Positions 25,935 through 35,864 of a stretch of 64,000 nucleotides of DNA are shown in pieces; the stretch's first letter is position 1; the number at the start of each line of letters is the position of its first letter. Position numbers and translations under genes: made by a program. A model generated the notes under the pieces. The model was not told where the DNA came from. It saw only the letters and a program-made list of their open reading frames with translations, and did not search any database. The DNA is taken from the NCBI GenBank assembly GCA_002722515.1, contig PBMH01000007.1, forward strand, positions 2,730 through 66,729, read 5' to 3'. Source of the stretch: Alphaproteobacteria bacterium (lineage in GTDB: Bacteria; Pseudomonadota; Alphaproteobacteria; UBA6615).

Positions 25935-26927
25935 TTACTTAAGTAGCCTCGCCAGTTTCATTTTGGCCGCGTTGTTCAGCCAGCCTCCCCAGACATCGTT
26001 GTAGGTAGCCAGGAAATGCACTGCAGCTTCCTCGGAGGATGCGTTTTTGTCTTCCTTCCAGGCCAGGACCGCACCCATTTGCTGATTGGTGAAGCTCAGT
26101 TTTGATAGCATCTCCACCACCTCGGGTTCGCGCTCGGCGAAGGCGGTGGTTACACCGGTCACAACCCGCGAGGCGGGATAAGGCGATTTGCCGACCTGGT
26201 TGCAGTCGGTGTTCCGATTGCACTGGTGAATAGCATCGTTGTACGGGCCGAGGTCGACGGGCACCATCTCATACTTGCCGAGTAGAGCCGTTGGTGCCCA
26301 GTAGTAACCAAACCATGGTTTTCCGTCGGCAAAAGCGGCCGCGATCGAGCCCGCCAACGTCTCGCCGGAGCCATGGTCGAAGATTTTAATGCCATTGCCC
26401 TCTAGGTCGAAGGCCTGCTTCAGGCTGTCGTTGACGATGCGGCAGCCCCAGCCCTCGGGGCAGTTATGAAATCGACTGCCGACCAGTTCTGGATTGGCGA
26501 GTACACCCTCGATAGTCTTCAGTTCGGGGTGTTTATCGGCGAGATACTTAGGGATCAACCAGTGCTCCGCGCCGCCGTCAGAAAGCACGTTGGCGATGGT
26601 CTTTACTTTCCCTTCGGCCTCGAGTCTCTGGTAAACGGGAGCCGAATTAATCCACATCTCGGTAGCGATGTCGGGCTCGCCATTTTCGGCTAGGGAGGTG
26701 GCTGCGGGGACGGTATCCGACGGGACTACGGTTACCTTGCAGCCATAGCCCTGTTCCATGATAAATTTTGCGACGTTGGTAACAACTGAAGCGGAGGCCC
26801 AGTTCATCTCCGTGATCGAGACGTCGCCGCAGTCGGCATGGGAATCTGTTGCGCCGGCACCAACGGAAATCGCGATCACTGCTGCTGCGGCTGTTACTTT
26901 CACGGAACCGAAAATCGATCCATTCAT
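25935..26927 (-). CDS. proX: Glycine betaine/choline-type periplasmic substrate-binding protein
   Basis: Signal peptide. ITEMNWASASVVTNVAKFIMEQGYG and WFGYYWAPTALLGKY are typical of ProX-like binding proteins. Confidence 0.8.
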   Translation of the reverse strand: MNGSIFGSVKVTAAAAVIAISVGAGATDSHADCGDVSITEMNWASASVVTNVAKFIMEQGYGCKVTVVPSDTVPAATSLAENGEPDIATEMWINSAPVYQRLEAEGKVKTIANVLSDGGAEHWLIPKYLADKHPELKTIEGVLANPELVGSRFHNCPEGWGCRIVNDSLKQAFDLEGNGIKIFDHGSGETLAGSIAAAFADGKPWFGYYWAPTALLGKYEMVPVDLGPYNDAIHQCNRNTDCNQVGKSPYPASRVVTGVTTAFAEREPEVVEMLSKLSFTNQQMGAVLAWKEDKNASSEEAAVHFLATYNDVWGGWLNNAAKMKLARLLK

Positions 26928-27143
26928 GGTTCTCTCTTTTCTGCTTGTCGCCTTATGTTGGGCGGACTTATCCGTAGTGGCGAGATTGCGGCGTCCATTT
27001 GTTCCGATTTAATTCAGGTTAACAAAAAGCTTATGTGAACTGCGCCTTTGTCTCAAGGTGTGCCGAAGGAAAAGTGATGAAATCCACTTCTGTTACGCAA
27101 TCTTCTTTCCGTTTGGCCCGCGTCGCGCTAAATCCATACTGTT

Positions 27144-28082
27144 ATGAAAACGACAGTCTTCATCGACGGTGAGGTTGGGACTACCGGCCTGCAGATCAAC
27201 GAGCGGCTCGCGTCGCGCGAGGACATCACGCTCATCCATCTGGAGGAGGGCGCGCGCAAGGATCTAGCTGCGCGGAAGGTGGCTCTGAACGATGCCGACG
27301 TGGCAATACTCTGCCTGCCTGACGATGCGGCTCGGGAGTCTGTTTCGTTGATCGACGGCGACACGTTAGTGATCGACGCTTCGACTGCGCACCGGGCTGT
27401 TGAAGGCTGGACCTATGGGTTCCCCGAATATGAAAAGGGACACCGGGATATTATGCGGGCCTCGTCCCGCATCAGCAACCCGGGCTGCTATGCGATTACC
27501 GCCGTGGCGATGCTGCACCCGCTGGTTACGGGTGGCCTGATCCCGTCTGATTATCCAGTCACCATAAACGCTGTGTCGGGCTATTCGGGTGGAGGAAAGT
27601 CCCTGATCGAGACCTTTGAGAACCCCGCAGAGAATAACCATACCGACGCAACACTTTATGCCTACGCATTAACCTTACAGCACAAGCATATGCCCGAGAT
27701 CACCCGCTGGGGCGGGCTCGCGCGACCGCCGGTCTTCATGCCAACGGTTGCAAATTACTACAAAGGTATGCTCGTGCAACTGCCGCTGGCGCTCTGGCAC
27801 CTGCCTGGTGCACCGGGTGCGGCCGACCTTCATGCGGCACTCGCTGATCACTACTTTGATGAGCGTTTTGTCACCGTGGTGCCGCTAGAAGAGAGGGGCT
27901 CGACCCTAAACCCAGAGGCGCTGAACGGGACCAACGAGCTACGTCTGCATGTGATCCACAATGATGCAACGGGGCAAGCGGTGATAGCAGGCGTAGTTGA
28001 CAATTTGGGCAAGGGGGCGTCCGGACAGGCCATCCAGACCCTGAACCTGTTAATCGGCGCCGATGAGGGCGAAGGGCTTTAA
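27144..28082 (+). CDS. argC: N-acetyl-gamma-glutamyl-phosphate reductase (short type 2)
   Basis: VFIDGEVGTTGLQINERL...ISNPGCYAIT (catalytic Cys). Confidence 0.9.
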   Translation: MKTTVFIDGEVGTTGLQINERLASREDITLIHLEEGARKDLAARKVALNDADVAILCLPDDAARESVSLIDGDTLVIDASTAHRAVEGWTYGFPEYEKGHRDIMRASSRISNPGCYAITAVAMLHPLVTGGLIPSDYPVTINAVSGYSGGGKSLIETFENPAENNHTDATLYAYALTLQHKHMPEITRWGGLARPPVFMPTVANYYKGMLVQLPLALWHLPGAPGAADLHAALADHYFDERFVTVVPLEERGSTLNPEALNGTNELRLHVIHNDATGQAVIAGVVDNLGKGASGQAIQTLNLLIGADEGEGL

Positions 28083-28188
28083 GTGTCAACACTCTCAAGG
28101 TTGCCCTACGGAGCCATGAGGCGGCGTCGCCCTTTGGCAGGCTCAAAATGAGGATGCTGCCACTGCCAGTGGAGAAAAGGACGAAGTC

Positions 28189-28740
28189 ATGACCAACCCT
28201 ATCAAACCCTACCTCCAAATTATGCCGACGATAGCCGAGGGCGTATTCGTTGCCGATAATGCTGCCGTCATTGGCGACGTCCATATAGGGTCGGGCTCGA
28301 GCGTCTGGTACTCCTGCGTTATCCGCGGCGATGCTGGCAGCCACATACGGATTGGCGAGCGTGTGAATATCCAGGACGGGACGGTAATTCACCTGAACGG
28401 TCCGCGCGAGGATGGCTCGGAGCATATGCCGACGACCATTGGTGACGAGATTACGATTGGTCATTCCGCGCTGATCCACGCCTGTACGTTGCAGTCAAGG
28501 TGCTTTATCGGCATGCGTTCCGTCGTGCTCGATGGTGCCGTGGTGGAAACAGGTGCCATGGTTGCAGCTGGCGCGGTCGTCTCGCCGGGCAAGGTGGTTA
28601 GGTCGGGCGAGTTGTGGGCGGGTGTTCCAGCTAAACCCTTGCGTGAGCTTCGCCAAGAAGAGCTCGACTACTGGCCCGAGAGCGTCGCCACATACTGCAA
28701 GCTGGCCCAGAATCACATAGAATCTGGCAACAGTTCATAG
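28189..28740 (+). CDS. Gamma-class carbonic anhydrase-like hexapeptide-repeat protein (YrdA/PaaY-like)
   Basis: Left-handed beta-helix repeats (VIGDVHIGSGSSVWYSCVIRGD...IGHSALIH). Confidence 0.85.
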   Translation: MTNPIKPYLQIMPTIAEGVFVADNAAVIGDVHIGSGSSVWYSCVIRGDAGSHIRIGERVNIQDGTVIHLNGPREDGSEHMPTTIGDEITIGHSALIHACTLQSRCFIGMRSVVLDGAVVETGAMVAAGAVVSPGKVVRSGELWAGVPAKPLRELRQEELDYWPESVATYCKLAQNHIESGNSS

Positions 28741-29031
28741 TTGGCGTCACTGGCAATGAGATGCGGCGAGTAGCTTTGGTTCGATAGCAGCTTTAGCGGT
28801 ATTCTTCGCATTTTGTTGATCAGCCATCTGCCAATCCTCTATAACTGCAATACTTTTTGTGCTTCGTGCTTACCGTGAAGTGCTTGATCGGACGCGGGCG
28901 GACAGGGTACATGGTGCGCGGTCACGGGGTTTGTATGCGCTGTGATCGAAAATATGCTGCAGCGCACAAATTATCGAGTGACTAGACGTAGCGCTATTGA
29001 TTCGCGCAATACCACGAAGGGATAGAAGCAA

Positions 29032-30063
29032 ATGAAGTCCGGGGCTTACAAGATGACGCGCCAGGCATTGCCGATCGTATTCGTGTTCGTATTGGCTGGC
29101 TGTTCGTATTTTGACTACGTTTTCAGTATTTTCGACGGTGATGAGCCGGCGGCTCAGACAGCCGCGGATCAGGGCGTACGTGACCGCAGCGATGCGCAAC
29201 GGGCAGCCTCGGGTAGCTCGGGCACGCCGTCGCTTGCGAGTGTTCCAAAGCGGCCCGAAATTCCTAAAGAAACCAGCCGCGAACGCGTGGTTGATGGCCT
29301 GGTTTCTGATCATAAAAACGCGCGTTATACGGATAAGGCGATCCGTCTTCAGGGTACTACCCAAGCGTCGGCGACGGACCAGAGCCCGTCGCGCCCCAGT
29401 GCACCGGCAGTGGCCCCGGTAACACCGCCCGAGGCCGCTCGGGTTGTTCCTGTACAACAGCAGACTCTTGCGGCGCGGGCTCCTAAACCGTCGTCACGGT
29501 CCACGCCACCGGCAGCAGCGGTGGTCCAGCCGCGTACTAATGGTCGGGCTGTGAAGGTCTCCCGGAACAACACGCGGGGCCCGATCACCCAAGCGTCTGG
29601 CTCGGTTATCGTTGATTTGAGTGTGCTTGATGGGGGGAGCTACGTCCCGACGTCCGCCCGTGTCGTCCCGACGTCCACCCGTGTCGTCCCGAATGCCCCG
29701 GTGGTTCCGAATACCCGGGTTGCCACGATTCAGTTCAACAAAGGTTCGGATCGGCTGAGCCCGCGCGATCGGGGAATTATCAAGACGGTCGCCTCGGCGC
29801 AGCGGGTTAACGGTGCGAATGTCCTAGTCGTAGGGCACGCCAGCAGCCGAACCCGGCAGCTTTCCAAGGAACGTCATGAGTTCGTGAACTTCCAGATTTC
29901 TTCCAAGCGCGCGAACGTAGTGGCGCAGGCCTTGATCCAGTCGGGTGTAGCCTCGAACCTGGTGACGGTTGAGGCGGTGTCTGATAATCAGCCGATCTAT
30001 TCGGAATCAATGCCTGAGGGCGAAGCAGGAAATCGACGCACCGAGATTTTCTTCCTCCGTTAG
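29032..30063 (+). CDS. OmpA-family lipoprotein with a Pro/Ala/Val-rich linker
   Basis: Lipobox VLAGCS. C-terminal OmpA-like domain (VVGHASS...NRRTEIFF). Confidence 0.8.
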   Translation: MKSGAYKMTRQALPIVFVFVLAGCSYFDYVFSIFDGDEPAAQTAADQGVRDRSDAQRAASGSSGTPSLASVPKRPEIPKETSRERVVDGLVSDHKNARYTDKAIRLQGTTQASATDQSPSRPSAPAVAPVTPPEAARVVPVQQQTLAARAPKPSSRSTPPAAAVVQPRTNGRAVKVSRNNTRGPITQASGSVIVDLSVLDGGSYVPTSARVVPTSTRVVPNAPVVPNTRVATIQFNKGSDRLSPRDRGIIKTVASAQRVNGANVLVVGHASSRTRQLSKERHEFVNFQISSKRANVVAQALIQSGVASNLVTVEAVSDNQPIYSESMPEGEAGNRRTEIFFLR

Positions 30064-30169
30064 GTCGTTGGAAAATGGCTTCGCAGGCCGACCTCAAGGA
30101 CCGCAAAAGAGCGCGCGGCGCTGCCTTTAGGGACGGCGAGATCCTATAACCCGAACCCGGTTTTGACCT

Positions 30170-31402
30170 ATGCAGACGCAATTCCACCGCATCAAGCGTT
30201 TGCCGCCCTACGTATTTGCTGAAGTGAATGCGATGAAGGCGGCTGCGCGAGCAGCGGGAGCGGATATCATAGATTTTGGTATGGGTAACCCGGACCTACC
30301 GACGCCACCACATATCGTCGAGAAGCTTGTCGAGGCAGTGCAGGACCCACACACCCACCGTTACTCCAATTCGCGGGGCATTCCAGGCCTGCGCAAGGCG
30401 CTGTCCAGTTATTATAAGCGCCGTTTTGGCGTTGAGATCGATCATGAGCGCGAAGCGATCGTCACCATTGGTTCGAAGGAAGGCCTCGCGAATCTAGCCC
30501 AGGCTATCACCGGTCCTGGTGACGTGATGTTGGCGCCGAACCCCTCCTACCCGATCCATCAGTTTGGTTTCATCATTGCTGACGGCACGGTCCGCTATCT
30601 GCCTGTTACGCCCGATGACGAGTTCCTGTTAGCCCTTGAACGCGCGGTGCTCCATTCCCAGCCCAAGCCCGTGGCGCTCGTTCTCTGCTACCCTGCCAAC
30701 CCTACATCGGTGACTGCGGACATAGGATTTTATGGTCGGATCGTCGATTTTTGCCGCACCCATGAGATTATCGTCTTGTCAGACTTGGCCTATGCTGAAA
30801 TCTATTTTGACGACAACCCACCTCCATCGATCCTTCAGGTCCCAGGAGCTAAGGACGTTGCGGTCGAGTTCACTTCACTAAGCAAGACCTATTCGATGCC
30901 TGGCTGGCGCATTGGCTTTGCGGCTGGTAATCCCGGGCTGATTGGCGCACTTGCGCGGGTCAAAAGCTATCTGGATTATGGTGCTTTCACTCCAATCCAG
31001 GTGGCGGCTACTGCTGCACTAAACGGCCCGCAAGATTGTGTGGAGGAGACCCGGGCGATCTATCGCGAGCGGCGCGATGTATTAGTTGAGGGGTTGACCC
31101 GCGCCGGCTGGGACGTGCCAATTCCAAGCGCAAGCATGTACATCTGGGCGCCGATCCCGGAACCGTTCACCGCGCTTGGCAGTATCGCCTTCTCGAAGTT
31201 GCTTCTGAAGCACGCGCATGTAGCGGTCTCGCCGGGCCTTGGTTTTGGCGAATATGGCGACGGTCACGTGCGTATCGCGCTAGTTGAGAACACACAGCGT
31301 ATTCGGCAGGCGAGTAGAAGTATTCGCCAACTCTTCGCGGACCCTCAAAAGGCCATCGCCGACGCCGCGGATGCAGCGCAAATGTCCCTTGCGGCGAAAT
31401 AA
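30170..31402 (+). CDS. Class I/II PLP-dependent aminotransferase (AlaC/DapL-like)
   Basis: RIKRLPPYVFAEVNAMK...FGMGNPDLPTP...SLSKTYSMPGWRIG. Confidence 0.85.
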   Translation: MQTQFHRIKRLPPYVFAEVNAMKAAARAAGADIIDFGMGNPDLPTPPHIVEKLVEAVQDPHTHRYSNSRGIPGLRKALSSYYKRRFGVEIDHEREAIVTIGSKEGLANLAQAITGPGDVMLAPNPSYPIHQFGFIIADGTVRYLPVTPDDEFLLALERAVLHSQPKPVALVLCYPANPTSVTADIGFYGRIVDFCRTHEIIVLSDLAYAEIYFDDNPPPSILQVPGAKDVAVEFTSLSKTYSMPGWRIGFAAGNPGLIGALARVKSYLDYGAFTPIQVAATAALNGPQDCVEETRAIYRERRDVLVEGLTRAGWDVPIPSASMYIWAPIPEPFTALGSIAFSKLLLKHAHVAVSPGLGFGEYGDGHVRIALVENTQRIRQASRSIRQLFADPQKAIADAADAAQMSLAAK

Positions 31403-31414
31403 TTGAGGCCATTT

Positions 31415-32710
31415 ATGTCGAACCCACTTCGTGTTGCGATTGCAGGACTTGGAACGGTCGGCGCCGGGACAGTGTCGTTGCTGACCAAGCACCGTGATCT
31501 GATAGCCCGACGTGCCGGACGGAACGTGGATATTGTTGCCGTATCGGCGCGTAACAGCGAGAAGGACCGCGGCTTTAGCTTGAACGCTTATGACTGGTAT
31601 GACGATCCGGTGGCAATGGTGAAAGAGGCCGATATCGACTTAGTGGCAGAACTCGTCGGGGGCGAGGAGGGCGTAGCGAAGGAGGTTTGCAAAGCGGCTA
31701 TTACTGTCGGACGCCACGTGGTGACGGCGAACAAGGCCCTGATGGCAATGCATGGGGATGCGCTGGCGTCGGAGGCCGAAGCAGTTGGCGTCTCGCTGAA
31801 CTACGAGGCAGCGATCGCGGGAGGTATCCCTATCGTTAAGGCACTGCGAGAGGGCCTCTCTGGCAACCAGATTAATCGTGTCTACGGAATTCTTAATGGC
31901 ACTTGCAACTACATTCTGACTGAAATGCGTGAGAACCGGATCTCCTACGAAGCGGTCTTGGCTGAGGCGCAGAAGCTCGGCTATGCAGAAGCGGACCCGA
32001 GTGCAGATGTTGATGGCGTCGATGAGGCGCACAAGCTCGCGTTACTTGCGAGCCTGACGTTCGGTACCAGGGTCGACTTTGCAGGAGTGTACACCGAGGG
32101 TATCCGTCGGATCTCGATCGAAGATATCGACTATGCTGACGAGTTTGGCTACCGCGTGAAGTTACTGGGCAGCGCACGGATGACCGAGAATGGCCTGGAA
32201 CAGCGGGTCTTCCCCTGTATGGTCAGCAAGGACAAAGCGATCGCCAATGTTGATGACGCATATAACGCTGTCGTCGTTCATGGCGACTTCGTTGACGACA
32301 CGATGTATGAGGGCCGTGGGGCGGGCGCAGGCCCGACGGCGTCGGCGGTGGTAGCCGACATCGTTGACGTGGCGCGTGGCTTTTCCGTTCCGACCTTTGG
32401 CGTACCGGTTGCGGACTTGATTAATGTAGAATCTATACCGATCGAGCGGCATTGGGGTGCCTGCTATATTCGCCTCATGGTCCGCGATGAGCCCGGGGTA
32501 ATCGCCGACATTACGGCTGTATTCCGGGAGGAAGAAATTTCGATAGAGTCCATGCTCCAACGGGCACGCTCGCAGACAGAGGCGGTACCCATTGTCCTTA
32601 CCACGCATGCATGTGAAGAGGCTGCGATGCGGCGGACCCTCAAACGCATTGGGGCCTTGGATTCTGTCGTTGAACAACCAACAATGATCAGAATCGAGAC
32701 ATTGAACTAA
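31415..32710 (+). CDS. hom: Homoserine dehydrogenase
   Basis: LRVAIAGLGTVG, NKALMA, and a C-terminal ACT domain. ATG at 31415. Confidence 0.92.
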   Translation: MSNPLRVAIAGLGTVGAGTVSLLTKHRDLIARRAGRNVDIVAVSARNSEKDRGFSLNAYDWYDDPVAMVKEADIDLVAELVGGEEGVAKEVCKAAITVGRHVVTANKALMAMHGDALASEAEAVGVSLNYEAAIAGGIPIVKALREGLSGNQINRVYGILNGTCNYILTEMRENRISYEAVLAEAQKLGYAEADPSADVDGVDEAHKLALLASLTFGTRVDFAGVYTEGIRRISIEDIDYADEFGYRVKLLGSARMTENGLEQRVFPCMVSKDKAIANVDDAYNAVVVHGDFVDDTMYEGRGAGAGPTASAVVADIVDVARGFSVPTFGVPVADLINVESIPIERHWGACYIRLMVRDEPGVIADITAVFREEEISIESMLQRARSQTEAVPIVLTTHACEEAAMRRTLKRIGALDSVVEQPTMIRIETLN

Positions 32711-32715
32711 ACAAG

Positions 32716-32733
32716 GCTGGTTTACCGGCTTTT
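32716..32733 (+). terminator. Weak terminator-like hairpin after hom
   Basis: GCTGG-ttta-CCGGC followed by TTTT; a short stem with one G-U pair. Confidence 0.3.
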
Positions 32734-32759
32734 AAACAAAAATTCTAAAGGGGGGTTTC

Positions 32760-33743
32760 ATGGCCAGCCAATCCGAGGCGGTGATGGACCGCAACATGGC
32801 AATCGAGGCTGTGCGTGTCACGGAGGCAGCAGCGATCGCGGCAGAACGATGGGTGGGGCGTGGCGACGAGCGCGAGGCGGATGCTGCAGCGGTCGACGCC
32901 ATGCGCACGGCACTCAACCGGCTCAACATCGAAGGTACTGTCGTAATCGGCGAGGGCGAACGCGATGAGGCACCAATGCTTTATATTGGCGAAAAGGTTG
33001 GTGCAGGCGGGCCGAAGATCGATATCGCGCTCGATCCGCTGGAGGGTACGACGATCACCGCCAAGGCGAATGAAAATGCAATGGCGGTTTTGGCGCTCGC
33101 GCCAGACGGAGATTTCCTAAACGCCCCGGACGTTTACATGGATAAAATCGCCATTGGGGGTGGTTATCCAGACGGTATAATAGACATTAGTGCGGCGCCG
33201 GACGAAAATCTGGAGAAGCTAGCCAAGGAAAGCGGCCGGGATATCGGGGATCTAACGGTCTGTATCCTCGACCGACCCCGCCATGAGGAACTCATCGCTA
33301 ATGTGCGCAATGCCGGCGCCCGAATATTTCTGATTTCTGATGGCGATATTTTTGGTGTTATGGCTACCTCTGACCCCGACAGCGGGATTGATATGTATCT
33401 TGGCAGCGGTGGTGCGCCGGAGGGCGTTTTGGCGGCTGCTGCGCTCCAGAGCATCGGTGGCCAGATCCAAGGCAAGCTGTTGTTCCGAAACGATGATGAG
33501 ATTGGCCGCGCCCGCAAGCTCGGGATTGATGATCTGGATCGGGTCTACAACCGTGATGACCTAGCGTCCGGTGATGTGATTTTTTGTGCGACCGGGGTGA
33601 CCGACGGTGCCATGCTCAAAGGTGTACGAAAGTTCCGTGGCGGTGCTGAAACCCACTCCATCGTCATGCGATCAGTTACCGGGACTGTTCGCGAGGTCAT
33701 CACCAAGCATAATTTCACGCGCAAGCCCGGCTGGGACGACTGA
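32760..33743 (+). CDS. glpX: Class II fructose-1,6-bisphosphatase
   Basis: AIEAVRVTEAAAIAAERWVGRGDEREADAAAVDAMR...DPLEGT. Confidence 0.92.
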   Translation: MASQSEAVMDRNMAIEAVRVTEAAAIAAERWVGRGDEREADAAAVDAMRTALNRLNIEGTVVIGEGERDEAPMLYIGEKVGAGGPKIDIALDPLEGTTITAKANENAMAVLALAPDGDFLNAPDVYMDKIAIGGGYPDGIIDISAAPDENLEKLAKESGRDIGDLTVCILDRPRHEELIANVRNAGARIFLISDGDIFGVMATSDPDSGIDMYLGSGGAPEGVLAAAALQSIGGQIQGKLLFRNDDEIGRARKLGIDDLDRVYNRDDLASGDVIFCATGVTDGAMLKGVRKFRGGAETHSIVMRSVTGTVREVITKHNFTRKPGWDD

Positions 33744-33750
33744 TCTACGC

Positions 33751-35553
33751 ATGAATGCGTCTGCAGAACCGATTTCGAGCGCTGGGCACGAAGGGAACGT
33801 CCTGGTCCCGAGATCCGTTACTGGGCGCCGCTGGCTCATGGGCAATATGGATGATCGAGCCGGTCTTGCGCTCGCCCAACGCCTAGGTTTACCTGAAATG
33901 ATAGCACGGGTTATGGCAGCGCGGGGCGTAGGCCTAGACTCCGCCGAAGGCTTCCTCAATCCTACCCTGCGAGATACTTTACCCGATCCCTCAAGCCTTG
34001 TTGGCATGGAGGAAGCCACCGAACGAATGGTTAAGGCGTTGGTTGATGGTGAGGCGATTGGTATTTTTGGCGATTATGACGTGGATGGTGCGACGTCGTC
34101 GGCTTTGCTCGCGCGCTTCATGGCCGCCATTGGAGCACCCGCCCGGGTCTATATTCCTGACCGTATGAAAGAGGGCTATGGTCCGACCACGCCGGCTATG
34201 CTGCAGTTGCGTGCTGAGGGTATCGGGCTTGTCGTCACGGTTGATTGCGGCACCACGGCCTTTGAGCCACTTGAGGCAGCGGGTAACGCGGGACTCGATG
34301 TAATCGTAGTTGACCATCACGTTGCGGAACCTGCTCTGCCGCGTGCTGCGTCGGTAATCAATCCAAACCGGCTTGATGATACGAGCGGGCTGGGTGCGCT
34401 GGCCGCAGTAGGCGTCTCCTTTCTGTTTGTCGTTGCGATCAACCGGATGCTCCGAGAGCAGGGGTGGTACGTTCGTAATGATTGCCGAGAACCAAATTTG
34501 CTTGGGATGCTCGATCTGGTAGCTCTCGGAACTGTGTGCGATGTTGTCCCGCTGGTCGGTCTCAATCGTGCTTTTGTCAGCCAGGGTTTGAAGGTCATGG
34601 CAAAGCGGCAAAACCCCGGGATAGTTGCCCTCTCAGATGTAGCCCGAATCGACTCACGGCTCTCGGAGTACCATGCCGGCTTTCTGCTCGGCCCCCGGGT
34701 TAATGCGGGTGGTCGTGTCGGTGAGGCGCTTGTGGGGGCACGTCTCCTGATGACTCATGATGCCGCTGAGGCGAATGAACTTGCCAAGCGGCTCGACGAA
34801 TGGAACACCGAGCGGCGCGAGATTGAGGCCGTGGTGCTTGCGCAGGCAATGGCCCAGGCTGATGAAAGCTCGGGTAATGCGGCGTTGGTCGTTGTTGCCG
34901 GGGATGGCTGGCATCCAGGTGTAATTGGTATCGTGGCGGGGCGGTTAAAGGAACGCTTCAACCGCCCGGCCCTAGTGATTGGCTTCGAAGGCGAAGTCGG
35001 CAAAGGTTCAGGGCGGTCGGTCGAAGGGGTTGATCTTGGTACTGCCGTTATTGCGGCCCGCCAGGCCGGGCTTTTGATCAACGGTGGTGGCCATAAGATG
35101 GCGGCGGGCCTAACTGTTAAGCGCGATAAGCTTCCGGAGGTGCAGCATTTCCTAGATGAACGAGTTGCAGATGACGTAGCCCGGAACGCCGTTGTCCCTA
35201 CCTTGACTATTGACGGCTCGATCGCAGTCAAGGGCGTGCAACCGGACTTCGTTGAATCTCTGCAGCGGCTTGCGCCTTTTGGATCTGGAAACTCGGAACC
35301 GCGATTCGCGGTGCCATCGGTGCGTGTCGCTAAGGCTGATGTGGTCGGCACCGGGCATGTGCGCTGTTTCCTGTCGGGCGCCGACGGTGGACGCCTCAAG
35401 GCGATTGCATTCCGCGCAGCAGGCGAGCCTTTGGGTGACGCACTGCTCCAGACCGATGGGCTTTCACTTCAGCTTGCCGGTAAGCTCCGCCCTGATAACT
35501 GGCAGGGTCGAGAGGACGTACAGATGATCATCGACGACGCGGCGCCCGTCTGA
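33751..35553 (+). CDS. recJ: Single-stranded-DNA-specific exonuclease RecJ
   Basis: IGIFGDYDVDGATSSALL...DHH...GGGHKMAAG (DHH/DHHA1 motifs). ATG at 33751. Confidence 0.92.
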   Translation: MNASAEPISSAGHEGNVLVPRSVTGRRWLMGNMDDRAGLALAQRLGLPEMIARVMAARGVGLDSAEGFLNPTLRDTLPDPSSLVGMEEATERMVKALVDGEAIGIFGDYDVDGATSSALLARFMAAIGAPARVYIPDRMKEGYGPTTPAMLQLRAEGIGLVVTVDCGTTAFEPLEAAGNAGLDVIVVDHHVAEPALPRAASVINPNRLDDTSGLGALAAVGVSFLFVVAINRMLREQGWYVRNDCREPNLLGMLDLVALGTVCDVVPLVGLNRAFVSQGLKVMAKRQNPGIVALSDVARIDSRLSEYHAGFLLGPRVNAGGRVGEALVGARLLMTHDAAEANELAKRLDEWNTERREIEAVVLAQAMAQADESSGNAALVVVAGDGWHPGVIGIVAGRLKERFNRPALVIGFEGEVGKGSGRSVEGVDLGTAVIAARQAGLLINGGGHKMAAGLTVKRDKLPEVQHFLDERVADDVARNAVVPTLTIDGSIAVKGVQPDFVESLQRLAPFGSGNSEPRFAVPSVRVAKADVVGTGHVRCFLSGADGGRLKAIAFRAAGEPLGDALLQTDGLSLQLAGKLRPDNWQGREDVQMIIDDAAPV

Positions 35554-35671
35554 TCCGTGTATCCTTCGGGTACCATAGCAATGTATTGAATAATCAGTCG
35601 ATTAGCCAAGCGCGGGCTTGATTTCGAAGCTATCAGTCGTTATCTGGACCTCGCCGGTTATTAGCCTCGAC

Positions 35672-35747
35672 GTCCCCATCGTCTAGAGGCCTAGGACACC
35701 ACCCTTTCAAGGTGGAGACACGGGTTCGAACCCCGTTGGGGACGCCA
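35672..35747 (+). tRNA. tRNA-Glu (anticodon UUC)
   Basis: Cloverleaf folded by hand: acceptor GTCCCCA/TGGGGAC, anticodon arm CCACC-CTTTCAA-GGTGG, T-loop GGTTCGAAC, encoded CCA. Confidence 0.93.
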
Positions 35748-35864
35748 TTACTTTTTAACTAATTAGCGGGAACGGTTGCCATACTGGGGGCTGTTTTTTT
35801 GGTGGTTTGTTCCAAAAAAACTGTAGCATCGCGCGATATTGAGAAACCCTAGTAGGAGCCGACT

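Noticed and set aside
34755-35399. Long antisense or overlapping ORFs inside GC-rich genes, for example 34755..35399 and 33991..34611 in recJ, 28870..29457 opposite the OmpA-like gene, 17407..18003, 21777..22298 opposite rplM, 10970..11449 opposite bfr, and 51276..51785.
   Set aside because: They overlap ORFs with strong family signatures. Their low-complexity Arg/Pro/Ser/Ala-rich translations are typical of stop-poor frames in GC-rich DNA, and they carry no recognisable motifs.
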